In this document: piece by piece, positions 25,343 to 40,187 of the stretch
How positions within the stretch are numbered: position 1 is the stretch's first letter
Layout of the letters: each line of letters starts with the position of its first letter
Assembly: GCA_964016885.1 (NCBI GenBank)
Contig: OZ024745.1
Coordinates: 37,076,001-37,140,000 of the forward strand
Origin: Eledone cirrhosa
Taxonomy: Eukaryota
Direction: 5' to 3'
Length of the DNA stretch: 64,000 bases
Notes under the pieces: model-generated
The model's database searches: none
What the model saw: only the letters and a program-made list of their open reading frames with translations
What the model was told of the DNA's origin: nothing
Made by a program: the position numbers and the translations under genes

Positions 25343-25462
25343 TAACAGATTAAAGTTTAAGCAAAGAATCGCTGCTTTCACCCTTAACGGGATCTTCCAA
25401 AAGATCCCGTTAAGGGTGAAAGCAACGATTCTTTGCTTAAACTTTAATCTGTTATTTTAATA
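25335..25462. repeat. Palindrome (~62-bp arms, 4-nt spacer) of a PLE-type terminal repeat
   Basis: The arms meet at gatctt-ccaa-aagatc. Sequence shared with 28560-28630 and 29281-29350. Confidence 0.9.
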
Positions 25463-27343
25463 AATATTTGCTCTACGGTTCTTATATATTTGATATATAT
25501 TCATCTTTATCGAGCCCTCTTTGGATTTTAGTCTTCAAATTTATTATTATTACTATATATATATATATATAGTATTAATTATACTATTTATGGTTATGTA
25601 AATACAAAAACTTTTTGCAGTTATATATATTTTTATACAAACCCTAAATAGTGGTAGGCAGTAATATATTACTACCTTATTACCAGTAAGTTAAGTAGCT
25701 CAATGTAAAAACATCAGATGATTTACAGAGCAGTTAACCGGAACCTACTTAACAAAAAATCTGAAGTGTTTGCAACTTGCCAGCACCGCTTCAGACATTC
25801 CTTCCAAAACTTTAAGCCCAATAAATAGCAATGTCGGAGTTGAACCAAACACCACCTCTAGCATCAAACACCAGGGGCACACCTTATACCACATACCCAA
25901 CACTAACTGATCTAATATAACACAAACAGCGACATCTCTCTAGAACCCTTCGCAGGGCGATTACCCATTTGTACCTCTACTTTAGGTGTGACAACATCCA
26001 CCCACTTGAACTGCACTACACCGCTCTATAGGTAATTTAAGCATGAATTGATTGTCTTGTTAGTGTTGTGCGGAGGAAGTGCCATCGTTGGACAGATGAA
26101 AAACGAATTAATCTAGTAACGCTGATGAGCAGTATGACCGGTACGCTGAGTGCAGGGAATGAATTTATTGCAAGTGGCGTATGGGTTGTACATATATGGA
26201 TGATTTGATGGTCAGATTGGGGTCATGAGGACTGCATATTGACCTCTGGTCGGCCCTGGTGATGATTATCCTTCGACATCCAATGTAGCAAGCGATGACC
26301 CAGAATTACCAGAGATCATTGTGTGTTGAAGTGATTCTGCAATCACCGCGCCTGGTCCTTTGAGTAGACTACAACCACAGAGATCATTAATTTAGAATCC
26401 TCGCTCGTCGTCTATAATATTCATTTGTGGCACTCTACGATGGGGGTTAATCACCATAATAATACGAACAACTTCAGCACAACTTAATAGACTACTCTAT
26501 AGTTAAAACACTTTAAATTTTAGAAATTTTTTAGAAATTGCGCATAACCATAGAAGCTAGGGTCGATTTTGAGACACATTTCAATAGTTAGTAATAGAAA
26601 CCTCGGAGTTACCTCCCCTCATGCATTAACTCCCCTTAACCACACACACACTTCCGGGTAGTATTTCGATGTCGATTCTCGAAACGTAATATCCTCCTGT
26701 ATTGAACTAAAGAACATCAGACTACGATTCTCTAACTGGATTGTCAAACGCTCAATATCGAATCGTCGTAGATTATGTGAGGGGCATATAATCTGAAAAA
26801 TACACTCCCCAGACTATGAAAATGTCGAAGTACAAGAAGTCCATATCATCCCTTCGTATTTCCAATATTTTTAATGCTTGCACTATTTTTAATGCTTATA
26901 TTATTTCTTCACACACAGACTATAACAATCACATAAAGAATTTGTCACCAGATCAACCAACCTAACACTCTTGTTTACCTACTTAAGTGCTTCTACTACA
27001 CGTAACTCTCTGCCACACTATATAAACAAGACGAACGTGCTTGCCACACATATAACCTTTGCACTATATAACCGCTTATTTTCATGTTGTATTTTAACCT
27101 GTATTTTTGATTGTATCTTTTAATATGAATGTAATCTCTAAGTGTGTACTGCCACTCTAAATGCTGTAATGAATGTTGACCCACAATATTTGCATATGTA
27201 TCTGTATGTCTCTTGGGTGAAAAGGAGGTCATATAAGTGTTCATTCATTAATAAATTGCTCCGAAGAATCCAAACCTACCAAACCTAGGTTTGGAGGAAA
27301 CAGTTGTAAGCATAAAAATGTTTTGAATAGTTCTTTGATTCTT

Positions 27344-28382
<1,039 letters not shown>

Positions 28383-28559
28383 CCTCGGTTGAGCACTCTA
28401 CTGACTTATATTCATCATGCAGAAACAACATCTGAATATTTCTACAAAGGACATACCCGTACCAAGCAGGAAAACATACCAAAGTATCGTCTTCTTGTCT
28501 TCCTCCGGTTGCAATGTTTTTTTAAATATCCACTTCTGCGTTTACAGATTGACTTTGTT

Positions 28560-28610
28560 AGTTTCAGAAGATCCCGTTAAGGGTGAAAGCAGCGATTCTT
28601 TGCTTAAACT
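28560..28610 (+). ncRNA. Hammerhead-like motif with A4 core variant (inverted copy at 29299-29349)
   Basis: agttt-CAGAAGA-tcccgttaagggt-GAAA-gca gcgattctt tgc-TT-aaact. Confidence 0.6.
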
Positions 28611-28630
28611 TTAATCTGTTATTTTAATAA

Positions 28631-28685
<55 letters not shown>

Positions 28686-28861
28686 TTAGTATATCTACTA
28701 ACATATGCGTACAGATGTACGCTAATGTTAGCAAATACATAAGTTATGTCATAGTACCTAGGTGGTTCAATGCAGGAGGATGCAGAACAATAATATGAAA
28801 GACGTAAAATAAGAAAATTTTAAAAAGAATTAAAAAAATTAACTTACTTACTAAAATTTTC

Positions 28862-28943
28862 ACTCCAACTAATTAGTTTCTGCAATGGGATTAAGACAGT
28901 TACGTAATATAACTGTCGAGAATTCATTGCGTCATCAGGGAGT
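28862..28943 (-). ncRNA. Type I hammerhead motif with extended stem II
   Basis: actcc-CTGATGA-cgcaatg...gacagtta..taactgtc...cattgca-GAAA-ctaattag-TT-ggagt. Palindromic stem III. Confidence 0.8.
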
Positions 28944-29704
28944 CTATTCTCAGCTAAGTCTCCAGGCAATGCGCGGACACTGGGGACTCATATAAAAATA
29001 ATAATAATTCGGTAGATGGAACAGCTAGCGGGGACTGGATTCCATGCACTGAAAAGCTCGCTGTCTCTGGTCAAATGGCAGATTCTAAAGAATCAATCAC
29101 GTGACACTGAGGCTAGTCGGTAGGAGTGGGATGGTAAGATGACAGAAGCCTACTACTACACCAATAAATTAGTAGTGGTTTTGGCAGGTTTGCTCAACAA
29201 ATAGATAATTTGGAGATAAATTTGGAGATAAAATTTTCTTATTTTACGTCTTTCATATATATATATATATATATATATTTATTAAAATAACAGATTAAAG
29301 TTTAAGCAAAGAATCGCTGCTTTCACCCTTAACGGGATCTTCTGAAACTAACAAAGTCAATCTGTAAACGCAGAACCGGATATTTCAAAAAACGTTGCAA
29401 CCGGAGGAAGACAGGAAGACGATACTTTGGTTCGTGGAAACGTTCGCTGGCAAAGAACGGGAAAAAACGAATAATACGTCATTAATAGGAGCGGTGAAAA
29501 ACAATTACGCGCAAAGACAGAACCACGTTTATGGTATAAAAGAGGTCGTAGACTAATGTTCTCTTAGGTGGTGCATAGAGACGTTCTCTGGCAATGAACG
29601 AAAAAAACAAAGATAATACGTCATATGTGCAGCGTGGAGAACAATAGCACGCAAAGACAAAACCACGTAAATGGTATAGCAGAAGTCGGAGACTAAAATT
29701 CTCA

Positions 29705-30035
29705 TCATCCTCATCACTCGTCGACTACTGTCGAGATGATGGATCTCACTCTCATGCCCCAGAATCCCCTGTCCCCCATCGCTGCCGCCAGGTCCTGTCT
29801 GCTGATTCCCGTATCCCTAGAGATAACGTCAGGGAATGACAGCTTCCTACTCCTAGTCAGGCTGGAGTCAGGGTTCCAGAGCAACGACATCCCACCTTGT
29901 CTAAAATCTATGGCAAACTCCTTCGAGCCTCTGCCCTTCTAAAATCCCGGAGAGCTCAATTTGCTGGCCACTGTCACCGTGCCAGCAATGAAATCATATC
30001 CGCTCTCTAAAATTCTAACTAGGAGACCGAATGAA
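29705..30035 (-). mobile_element. RTE-like LINE 3' fragment
   Basis: LLWNP...PDVISRDTG...LAAAMGDRGFW, followed by a (gat)n-like tail. Confidence 0.6.
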
Positions 30036-30377
30036 TCTCCGCTACAGAGTTAAGAACAAAGTAAATAAATACAATACAGAAGTAATAGAAATAAATAAAT
30101 ACATACACGCAAACAAATACGTACATACACAAGCATACGCAAAAACTTACCATAGGTATACAAAACCACGCACATATAAATATGTGTGTGTGTGTATGCG
30201 TGTATACAAATAAATAAATAATTATATAAACGTATATAAATAAATAAATACGTATATAACAAGCGCACTCACATACCTACATGTAAATAGAGGAATGCTC
30301 TACGGTTCTTATATATTTGATATATATTTATCCTTATCGAGCCCTCTTTGGATTTTAGTCTTCAAATTTATTATTAT

Positions 30378-30451
<74 letters not shown>

Positions 30452-30524
30452 GTATATATATATATATATTCGTATATATATATATATATGCGAAAAATAC
30501 TTTTATATGTATTAAATCCGGTGG

Positions 30525-30592
30525 CAACCAGCAAGTAGGCAGAGCAGAGGACTGTAATTTGTTAGGTCGATGGTTCGAATCCGTCTAGTAAG
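30525..30592 (+). pseudogene. tRNA-Tyr(GTA)-like pseudogene or SINE head
   Basis: ggcagagcagaggactgtaa...ttaggtcgatggttcgaatccg resembles the D, anticodon and T arms of tRNA-Tyr. The acceptor stem is not intact. Confidence 0.55.
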
Positions 30593-31191
30593 TTACGGTT
30601 TTGGGTTAGGGTCAGAATTAGGATTAGGTTTGAATTAGAATTGAGTGTTGGAATTAAGGGTTAGCAAACAAGTAAGCAAGTAAGTCTGTTGATATGCAAA
30701 TCTTGCCGATCAGATTACATTTATTATATATATATATATATAGGTTGACGGGACTAGTGCGAGAGAGAGACGTATATAGAGGCATATTCAATATGCGCGT
30801 AAAATAAACATTCATAAGTCACGTGGCGGGTATTTTAAGCTGTGATCATGTCATTACTAATACATACATACATACACACGTGTGTGTGAGACTGTAACAA
30901 ATAAATTGAAAACAACACAGCAAAGGTTACAGTAGAATGAAGATATTTATTAGTGTAACGCTTGATATAGTAAGAAAAGAGCCGTAACGTTTCGGACACG
31001 CTCTCCTTCATCGATAGATAGAATGAGTAATAAAAGAAATAGAAAGATAGAGGACAGTGAGAAGAGAAAGAAACGGTAAAGAATTTGGCCGAATATAATA
31101 GTATACACACGTGCCTTTTCTAAAAGAAAATTTTCCGTTCCTTCCATTTTCACTCTCTATATTTCTATTTCATTTTTTACTTCTCATTCTA

Positions 31192-31227
31192 TCTTCTGAT
31201 GAAGGACTTGCGTCTGAAACGTAAAGA
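31192..31227 (+). ncRNA. Minimal hammerhead motif (degenerate inverted relative at ~30980-31015)
   Basis: tctt-CTGATGA-aggacttgcgtct-GAAA-cg-TA-aaga. Confidence 0.7.
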
Positions 31228-31339
31228 CTCTTTTCCAACTGCATCAAGCGTTAAACTAGTATATTTATTAATTGTACTGCGTTGTTTACTTTATTGTTTC
31301 CATTTACTTTTTGTATATATATATATATATATCTATCTC

Positions 31340-31690
<351 letters not shown>

Positions 31691-31943
31691 CTCTGTGTGT
31701 GTGTATTTATCCTTTTAATAACCTTTTCTTTGAGCTCCTGCTTGCATATTCCACTTTAGCTAACTTCCTTCTTAATTTTAATTACAATCCTTGTTCTCGA
31801 TCTACTTGCATACATCTATACATACATACATACATACATACATATATGCATACATGCATACATACATATATACATACATACATATATGCATACATACATA
31901 CATGCATACATACATACATACATTCATATATATATATATACAT

Positions 31944-31990
<47 letters not shown>

Positions 31991-33544
31991 TTTCTGTGTG
32001 CATATATATATATATATATATGCACACAGAAATGCATACATACATTCATAAACATACATATGCAAAGATACATGCATACATACGTATGTACACACACATA
32101 CATACATACATGCATACATACATATGTACACATACATACATACAAAAATGGTGGTGGCTGCCAACTTGTTTTCGAGTACGGCCACTACTTTATATCCATG
32201 TAGGAGAACCCCTACTGATGCGCTGAACGAGTGTGAAAACTCTGGTACAAACACTACACTTGTGACAATTATTGACACATAGTGCTGGGCCCATGGTACC
32301 ATGTGATGACAAGTGCAGAGAGATCTCCAGATATAAAGCAATGCCTGTGCCGTGAAGCTTTTATAGTGAGCAAAGGCACTGCACAAAACTAGTCCCACTC
32401 TCTTAACCAAGATGATATTTACCAAAAAGAAGAACAAGTCAACATCATTGGATACCATCAGGGTTGCAGGTGTTATATCAGAGTTTTCCTTCTCCTAGAA
32501 TTCTGCCTTGACAAAGGCTAAGGGGTCATATCTCCCGGTGATTTTGGATGGCCATTGACTCTTAAGAGCTTCTTTGCCCTTTGACAGGTTTTGTTTTTAG
32601 TCCTGCAGGATGTCCAAAGTCACCCTCCTCACCAAGAAACCTTGGTGGGGTTGCCAGTTTAGTCGCCAACGACCCGACCATGAGACAGGTTGTACTGGGA
32701 TACATGTTACCAGTAGCACCAACTGGTGACCTGACACATACATACATACATACATACATACATACATACATACATACATACATACATACATACATACATA
32801 CATACATACATACACACATACATACATACATACAAATGTGAGTATGCGCGAACACGCGCATGGATATATTTCTTTAGAAAATTAACCATGAAGCAATCAC
32901 AGCCGATACTTAAGAAGAAGCTGAGTACATGGAAGGAAGAAACAGAAACTTTTACGATGTTGAAGTTATATAAAAATTCAAGTGTTTTTTTTTATGTCGT
33001 TTCTTAAGAACTCAGTCTTTCAGTAACATTAACTGCATTAGAAATTAGTGTGCACCCGACGGAAAATTAAGTATATTCTTAAGAGTAGGAAGTCTCTTTG
33101 AAATCAAAATTAAAAGTTGCTAAAATTTTGAATCTTGGAAAAATAAGAAAACATATCAGAGTTTATACAAGGTGTATTTCAGCATCACAATGTAGTTTTC
33201 TTGGAGTTGGATCAGAAAGAAATTTTATTAGATGTCCTGTGGCTAGAAATGGTTACATTGGGTTCGAAGTAGTTCCAAAATAGTAAATGTCCATTTGTTA
33301 CCACACAAATCTGATCACTGAAGAGAAAGTGATTTTAGAATAATGTTATAAAATGGTAATGGAAAAAGAAAAATGGAGCTCATAGCTCATAGCAGGGATT
33401 CCTAAATGAGTTTTCCTATGGACTCTCTTCTTTAAAATTACTCCCCTCCCAGATTGTTATACGGTGAAAATAACCAAAATAGAGAAATGTTTATAGAACG
33501 GACACCTAATAGCATGGTCATATGTTTTAAACTAAATTGTATAA

Positions 33545-34435
33545 TACGAGGTTTGTCTCCAAAATAAGGGTACTGACGCTTTGCTTAAATGTATATTAGA
33601 CGTACATGAAAATACACGTTATTTTCTTCAAAATACACCCCTTAGGAAGTCACACAGTGGTTCCAACATTTTTTCCGTTGACCTTAGTTCTACCGGAAAT
33701 CATTTTCTGTGAGCCGCCTTAGCTCGTCGGATACAATCTTTTGTATATTTTTCACTGTCCCAAAATGACGATCCTTCAACTTCGATTTAAACTTAGGGAA
33801 GAAGCAGAAATCACAAGGAGCTTTCTAGCAAATCCTCGTAAATTTCCAACCGCTTCGTGTTTTGCTCCACAGACAAATGTTTGGGCACTAGTTTTGTACA
33901 AATTTTTCGCATGCACAAATAGTCTGTTAAAATTCTGTGAACTGTATTTTCATCCAAGCTCGTTTCTTCTGCAATCATCCTAACAATTAATCGGCGATCT
34001 TTGGTCATCTCCGCTCACATTTCCATATATTGTTCATTTGTTGACGAGATTGGCCTTCCAGACGAAGCTCGTCTTCAACATTTTTTCCGTCCTCTTTAAA
34101 AAACTTCTGTGACTTTGAAATTTTACTTCTCGATAGAGTGGAATCTCCATATGCTTGTTTTAAACAATTAAATCTTTCGGTGGCAGATTTGTTGAGTTCC
34201 ATTCAAACTTTGATCGCGTACAGTTTTCAATATTTTCCTGCATCACAAACCTAACAGAGCTTATTTCTGTACATAAACAGCAATAACTCACGACTCACTC
34301 AATCGATCACGCTAAAACAAGTATGTACGTGTAGACAAGGACATAATCAACACGAATGTATACATCAATGAGGTGCTGAATGACTATTTCGTATATAGGA
34401 AAATCAGTACTCTTACTTTGGGGACAAATCTTGAA
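33545..34435 (-). mobile_element. Internally deleted, degenerate mariner transposon
   Basis: Imperfect ~30-bp TIRs (acgaggtttgtctccaaaataagggtactga / tcagtactcttactttggggacaaatcttga). HTH remnants LKQAYGDSTLSRS...VEDE and DRRLIVRMIAEE...KLVPKHLS. Confidence 0.85.
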
Positions 34436-35838
34436 TAACAAACATGATAATGTTATATTATAATTATAACGGTAGGATCAGGAAAGAAAGCTAATACACG
34501 ATGGTCCGCAGGTGGCGATTTCGAAACGGTGTCTTGATATAGGGGTTAGCAGTAAATATCGAAATAAGCTATCTTTGATCAAAGACAAGCTACCCTTTGG
34601 AAAGGCTTAGCACCCAGATGAAACCTAGAATAGGTTTACAAGGGAAGCTATGAGAAGCAGCATGTTTGATGTGCAATCTTTGTGAAAGATTAACATCTAT
34701 AGACTTAACAACCATATATGTTATTAAATTACAGTGAAACACTCACACGATGTTGAGTAAAGAGCCTCTCTGAAGTCAATATCCAGGATATTCAAGTTCC
34801 CAAATTATATTACTGCTAACATCTGTAAACCTGCTGACCTTAGTTGTTTCACTACTGAAAGGCTTCAAATATATCTGAGAAAGCCCAACCAGATGATGAA
34901 AGTTAGGATTATTAAAATAACCCATAGTAATGTCATTCAACACGCAATTTGTCGACCCCGTTTCAACCACCTCTGTTTTAACCCCCACCGAGAAACACTG
35001 CACTAGATCACCAAAATGATCTCTTTGAATATAACTTTTATGCTCCAATTATTCTCATTTTCACAAACAAACTTTCAGTCCTGTTCAATTAACATACATA
35101 CATTTACACACTACCCCACTGACTGACACATTAAAACTATTTCCTTTTGTTTTTTTTATAATCACAAAAACAGGAATCTTATTTTTACATATCTCATCCA
35201 CCAACCCTTTTACATTCGCATATCGCAAAACTAACTTACACAAAATCATTGCTCTCAAATTAAAGAAAATAAAGAGAAATACAAAACAAACCACAAAAAA
35301 AAGAAAGAAAAACCCAACTAAACATACCGAGTTAAATATATACAACTCACTGACTCCCCACATAAAAAAGAACAATACGAAAACAAATGAAAAAAATAAC
35401 AAACAACAAAAAAATAATGTTTGTGGAAATATAAGGCGGTTAATTAGTAGAGTTGTTGGAACGTTGGGTAGAGTGTCTTGAGATATTCACCTCAGCTCTC
35501 TACACCCTGAGTTCAAATCCAGTCGAAGTCAACTTTGCCTTTCATCCTTACGAAGTTGACAAATAAAGTACCAGCCCACTACAGAACACAGATTCAGAAA
35601 AAATACAGAAGCTGTTTCGCCTGGCTTTCTTCAGTTAACCACCATGTACTGGTACTATTTTATTTTATCGACTACGAAAGGAAGAGAAGCAAAGTTGACA
35701 TCGGCAGGATCTATCTCAGATGGTAGAGAGCCGGAACAAATACTGAAAGGTATTTTGTCTAACGAACTAAAGATTCTAATTATAAGAGTCATTCTTTTGA
35801 CATCAATGAATCTTACTTTCTCCTTCCTGATACACTTA

Positions 35839-35896
<58 letters not shown>

Positions 35897-36099
35897 AGGT
35901 GCAGAAAAATCTCAGCTGGAGAAGGCTTTCAAAGAATGTATGACGCGGGTGCAGCCCGAACTCCGAGCAGCAAAATATTCATGACGAGGTTGCGGGATGA
36001 AAAACAAAACCCATCAAAAGGCGGAGGAACTCAGGAGAGTCAACATTACATTAAATACAAACATACATTTCATCACAAACATACATATATACATACATA

Positions 36100-36640
36100 C
36101 ATGGTGATTGCTTCATCTTTGCAGATGACTGCCGTCTCCCTATGAACCCCTATCAACCATCACCAACTCCAAACATCCATCCATGGTCCCTTACGTGGCT
36201 TTTAAGTCCATCATTAGATTTACACAGTCTGCAGCAAATGTGACAGACAAAAGATGTGCCCTCTATTGGATTAACTGGGTCAGTTTGTGGGATGCCATCC
36301 TTATGCACCCTCATATGACTTTTAATACCAGAGATTGATTTGCAGATCTTTTTTCACACCACACATGTTGTCTCACGTAGTATTGGAGGGATAGAGATGC
36401 ATACAGTTGGCTTTTTATGTGATTTTAAATAAGTGATGTACCCAGATTTAGAGAGCAGTAAACGACTACACACCTCACAAATCCAGCTCCTTATATGTTC
36501 ATATTGAGGTTAATACTGTGGCCTTTTCGAAGTTGATGTTTAAGTTTTTCATGATCAAGACGTCTTTCTTCAAACATTTTCCAGCCTTACTTCATATGGC
36601 CTCTGCATTTACCCCTCTTTAAAGCAAGCACTTCCCAGTT
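36100..36640 (-). mobile_element. RTE-like LINE 3' end with three degenerate C2H2 zinc fingers
   Basis: GWKMFEERR...RK, then CSRLLLSKSGYITYLKSH, ICKSISGIKSHMRVH and CHICCRLCKSNDGLKSH. Ends in (atgt)n. Confidence 0.6.
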
Positions 36641-37515
36641 CTGAACTGCAAATGAGTTACAATGATTCGCTGACTCTTTAATAAACGTAGACCAGCGACT
36701 CGATCCCATTTGGAAGTAAAAAGAATATAGATTTTTAAAAGGTTTTTTTAAAGTTTTAAAAGGGTTTTAAAGGGTTTTTAAATTAAAAAAAATTGTTATC
36801 AAATATATATATATATATATACAGACAAACGCGCAATCAATCTTACACACACCCACACCTATACAGCATATACATATTTACACATTTTTGGATGGCCGTT
36901 GACTCTTATGAGTTCTTCTACCCTTTGTTAGGGTTTTGCTTTTTGTCCTGCAGGGTGTCCAAAATCACCCTCCTCACCTGGTGGGGTTGCCGGTTTAGTC
37001 GCCGGCGACCCGACCATGCGACAGGTTGTACTGGGTTACATGTTACCAGTAGCACTCAAGAATGACCTGACAAGCATACATACTTACATACATACATACA
37101 TAATAGCAGCATCTCGATTTTGAGAAGTACCATCCCTTGACCTTTTACAAAAAACATAGGTGGTACGAACATGGCTTTTTATCCCTGACAAGGACATAGA
37201 TTCCTTTCTGTATATACTGCAGTGAAAGAAAAAAGAAACGGCCATGCTCACACAACTCGAGGGAAAGTTTAGATCAAGTGATGCCTGTGCTTGAAGCTCT
37301 TTTAAGTGAATAAAGGCCTTACATTGGACCGATCCCACTCGTTGAACAACGGTGACAGTTATTCAAAAAGAGGAACAGATTAACATCATTGGCTGTCACC
37401 CAGTCGAAAGATTTACATCAGAGTTTTCCTTCTAGAATGATATCCTAACATTCATACATCTGATGAAAGAAATTCAAACAACTGGCCGAATTCATTACAT
37501 CTTATTCAATACTCA

Positions 37516-37521
37516 TTTATT
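37516..37521 (-). terminator. Candidate polyadenylation signal AATAAA for the Cys-rich peptide gene
   Basis: AATAAA about 100 nt downstream of the stop. The context is AT-rich, so the motif is weak on its own. Confidence 0.4.
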
Positions 37522-37624
37522 TAAAAAATTAAATTCATTGATTAAGATAATCATTTCAGTATTTATAGATAACAATGAAACAAATAAAAGAAATGATATA
37601 TATATTGCATTTCATCCTTGACTA

Positions 37625-37782
37625 TCAATCTTTTTTTACGATCTTTCCATTTTTACAGTTATAGATACTAAAATCAATACTTGATTTTCCACAACATCCA
37701 ACGAAAGTTCCTGACATGAAGTTTATAGTTTGATCGCAGCAGATTTGAAGACCCACTGTAAGATATTTACCACCGCACAAAC
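37625..37782 (-). CDS. Terminal exon of a small secreted galaxin-like Cys-rich peptide
   Basis: Acceptor tatgttgcag|gt, phase 1. LCGGKYLTVGLQICCDQTINFMSGTFVGCCGKSSIDFSIYNCKNGKIVKKD* has the C..CC..CCG..C spacing of galaxin/usherin repeats. Confidence 0.75.
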
Positions 37783-37893
37783 CTGCAACATAGATAAAAC
37801 AAGATATTAAAGTGTGATAAAGCAAAACATTAAAAAAATGATAATCAACTTTATTTTCTCAGTGCTTTGTAAAGGTCTGAGAGATCGGCTACG

Positions 37894-37924
<31 letters not shown>

Positions 37925-37999
37925 GTGTATGTGTTTGTGCGTGTGTGTGTGTGTGTGTACGTGTGTGTGTGTGTTTGAGTGTATATATATATACATATA

Positions 38000-38947
38000 T
38001 ATATTAGAAAGTGAGGTTTCTTTACAAAATGAAAAAAAAACGAGGTGTCCTACACGAGTGAAAGTATAAGGCAAAAAGATGAAATCGAAAATGCAACTGG
38101 AGTCTTTTTTTATAAAAATATATATTTATTTGGTTCCTTTACCGGTTTCGCAGTTCTTTTGCTTTTCAAAAGTAGAATTGAGATGGAGGGTTTGTGGTTT
38201 TTCTCATATCTGGTTGGTCTTTGAATGTTACTTCTGTTTTATATGGAAAAAAGTGGCTCGAAATGCTAGGTTTTTAGAGAAGTAATTTGGTTGGTTGGTG
38301 AATAAGTATAATAAGTTTCACGCCAGTTCGCGTTACAAAGTTCTTATTACATTTGCCTTAAAAAGGGGGGGAAGGGGGGGGGGGGGGGATCAGGTTGTTT
38401 TTTCATATATGAGTGAAGTTTGGTTGCAGTCACGTGAATAAGCACATCAGCTTTCGCGCTAGGTTGTGTTTGAATTTATTTTTACTTAAAAAAAGGTGGC
38501 TCACGAAGGCTTTTTTTTTATAAGTGTAATTTGATTAGTTATAAATGAAATTATGACTGTCACGTGAACAAGTACATTAAATTTCGCGCCCGTATTTTGG
38601 AATTGTTTTTGTAGCCATTTAGAGAATTTTGTGCCAAACAAAAGATAATTCGTCAAGAAAAAGGGATGGAGAGAGTTGTTCTGAGTATGACTGATGGGCT
38701 GAAATGTAATTTGATTGGTTACAAATGAAATTATGACTGTCACGTGAACAAGTACATTAAATTTCGCGCCCGTATTTTGGAATTTGTTTTGTAGCCTTTT
38801 AGAGAATTTTGTGCCAAACAAAAGATAATGGTCAAGAAAAACGGGATGGGGAGAATTGTTCTGGATCAGTGAATATGGCTGGTGTGCTGGGGTGTCAAAA
38901 TTCAGACTTTCTATTGAAATAAAGCAAGTAGAGATATGTATGTTTAT

Positions 38948-38993
<46 letters not shown>

Positions 38994-39330
38994 GAAGATG
39001 ATTCTATTAGTAGAAATGGGGGAGGGAGTTGTGTGTGTGTGTGTGTGTGTATGTGTGTGTGGGTTAGCATGTTAAGATGGAGAGAATATATATATTTGTG
39101 TGTGTGTAGAACATGATTCCGTTAGTAAAAATGGGGGAGGGAGTTATGTGTGTGTGGGGTGTGTGGTTAGCATGTTAAGGTGTTAGAGTATTAACGTATG
39201 CTAAGGTTTATTTAGTTCTGGTTTTTATTTTCTAAAATAGAAGGTGTTACGTGTGTGTGTGTGTATGTGTCTGTTTGGATGGTTAGCATGTTATGGTGTT
39301 GACATAATGTATATTAAACTATATTTAATG
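38000..39330 (-). mobile_element. Penelope-like terminal repeat / 3' UTR with an internal ~180-bp tandem duplication
   Basis: 38020-38150 matches 22478-22608, 38750-39180 matches 16490-16915, and 38525-38690 is repeated at 38705-38870. Inverted partial copy at 39900-40110. Confidence 0.7.
38137..38172 (-). ncRNA. Minimal hammerhead motif with U3-A8 core
   Basis: ctt-TTGAAAA-gca aaagaac tgc-GAAA-ccgg-TA-aag. The inverted relative at 39936-39971 reads ctt-TAGAAAA-gcag aagaa ctgc-GAAA-ccgg-TA-aag. Confidence 0.6.
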
Positions 39331-39774
39331 CTGGTCTATATTTTTGAATAAACATATATATGTTTGAATATACATATATATATCAAATGAAAAAAAACGG
39401 AGTTAAAGACTCGCGCTAATCCCCTGTAATTTAATGAGCTCAAGAAATAAGTACCGGGCTCTTCATAATACAGTATATAGAGAAGAAAATACAAACGGGT
39501 TTGTTTTCAATTACGAGTGTAAAGAACCACTAGGGTGAAACGCATAAAGTCTATGAAAAGTGTGGAAAATACATAATAATTAAAAAGGTAAATTAAAATG
39601 TACAGACCCACCTTTATAACAATAAAACACCTGGACAAACTCAAAGAGAATGTTTCGCCATAAACAGTGTCGGTACCATAACCTCTCAGGGCTCATCGGT
39701 AGGTGTAAAGACGATTAATTTTCACTCTAGTTGTTATCTATCCCTCGTAATTGGAAACATACCCATTTGTGTTT

Positions 39775-39903
<129 letters not shown>

Positions 39904-40187
39904 AGAAAAACCACAAACCCTCCATCTCAAGTCTACTTTAGAAAAGCAGAAGAACTGCGAAACCGGTAAAGGAATCAAATAAATATATATATATTTTTTT
40001 AAATGAGACTCCAGTTGCAGTTTAGATTTAATCTTTTTTTCTTTATACTTTCACTCGTGTAGGACACCTCGGTTATTTTTCATTTTGTAAAAAAACCTCA
40101 CTTTCTAATATATATATATATATATAAATTTTCGCTCTACACGGCTGAATACAATAAATGTAATCTGAGTTTTTCGAATATTAATAA

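Noticed and set aside
34600-35400. Non-repetitive ORFs 34776-35048 and 35085-35402 as host exons
   Set aside because: No recognisable domain or convincing splice pair. Possibly an old LINE remnant.
37440-37624. SECIS element to support selenocysteine at the exon-2 UGA
   Set aside because: No AUGA/GA kink-turn stem with an apical AA was seen by eye. It needs SECISearch to be excluded formally.
39645-39705. Hammerhead-like CCGATGA...GAAA on the minus strand
   Set aside because: The core is mutated and stem I does not pair. At best a decayed relic.
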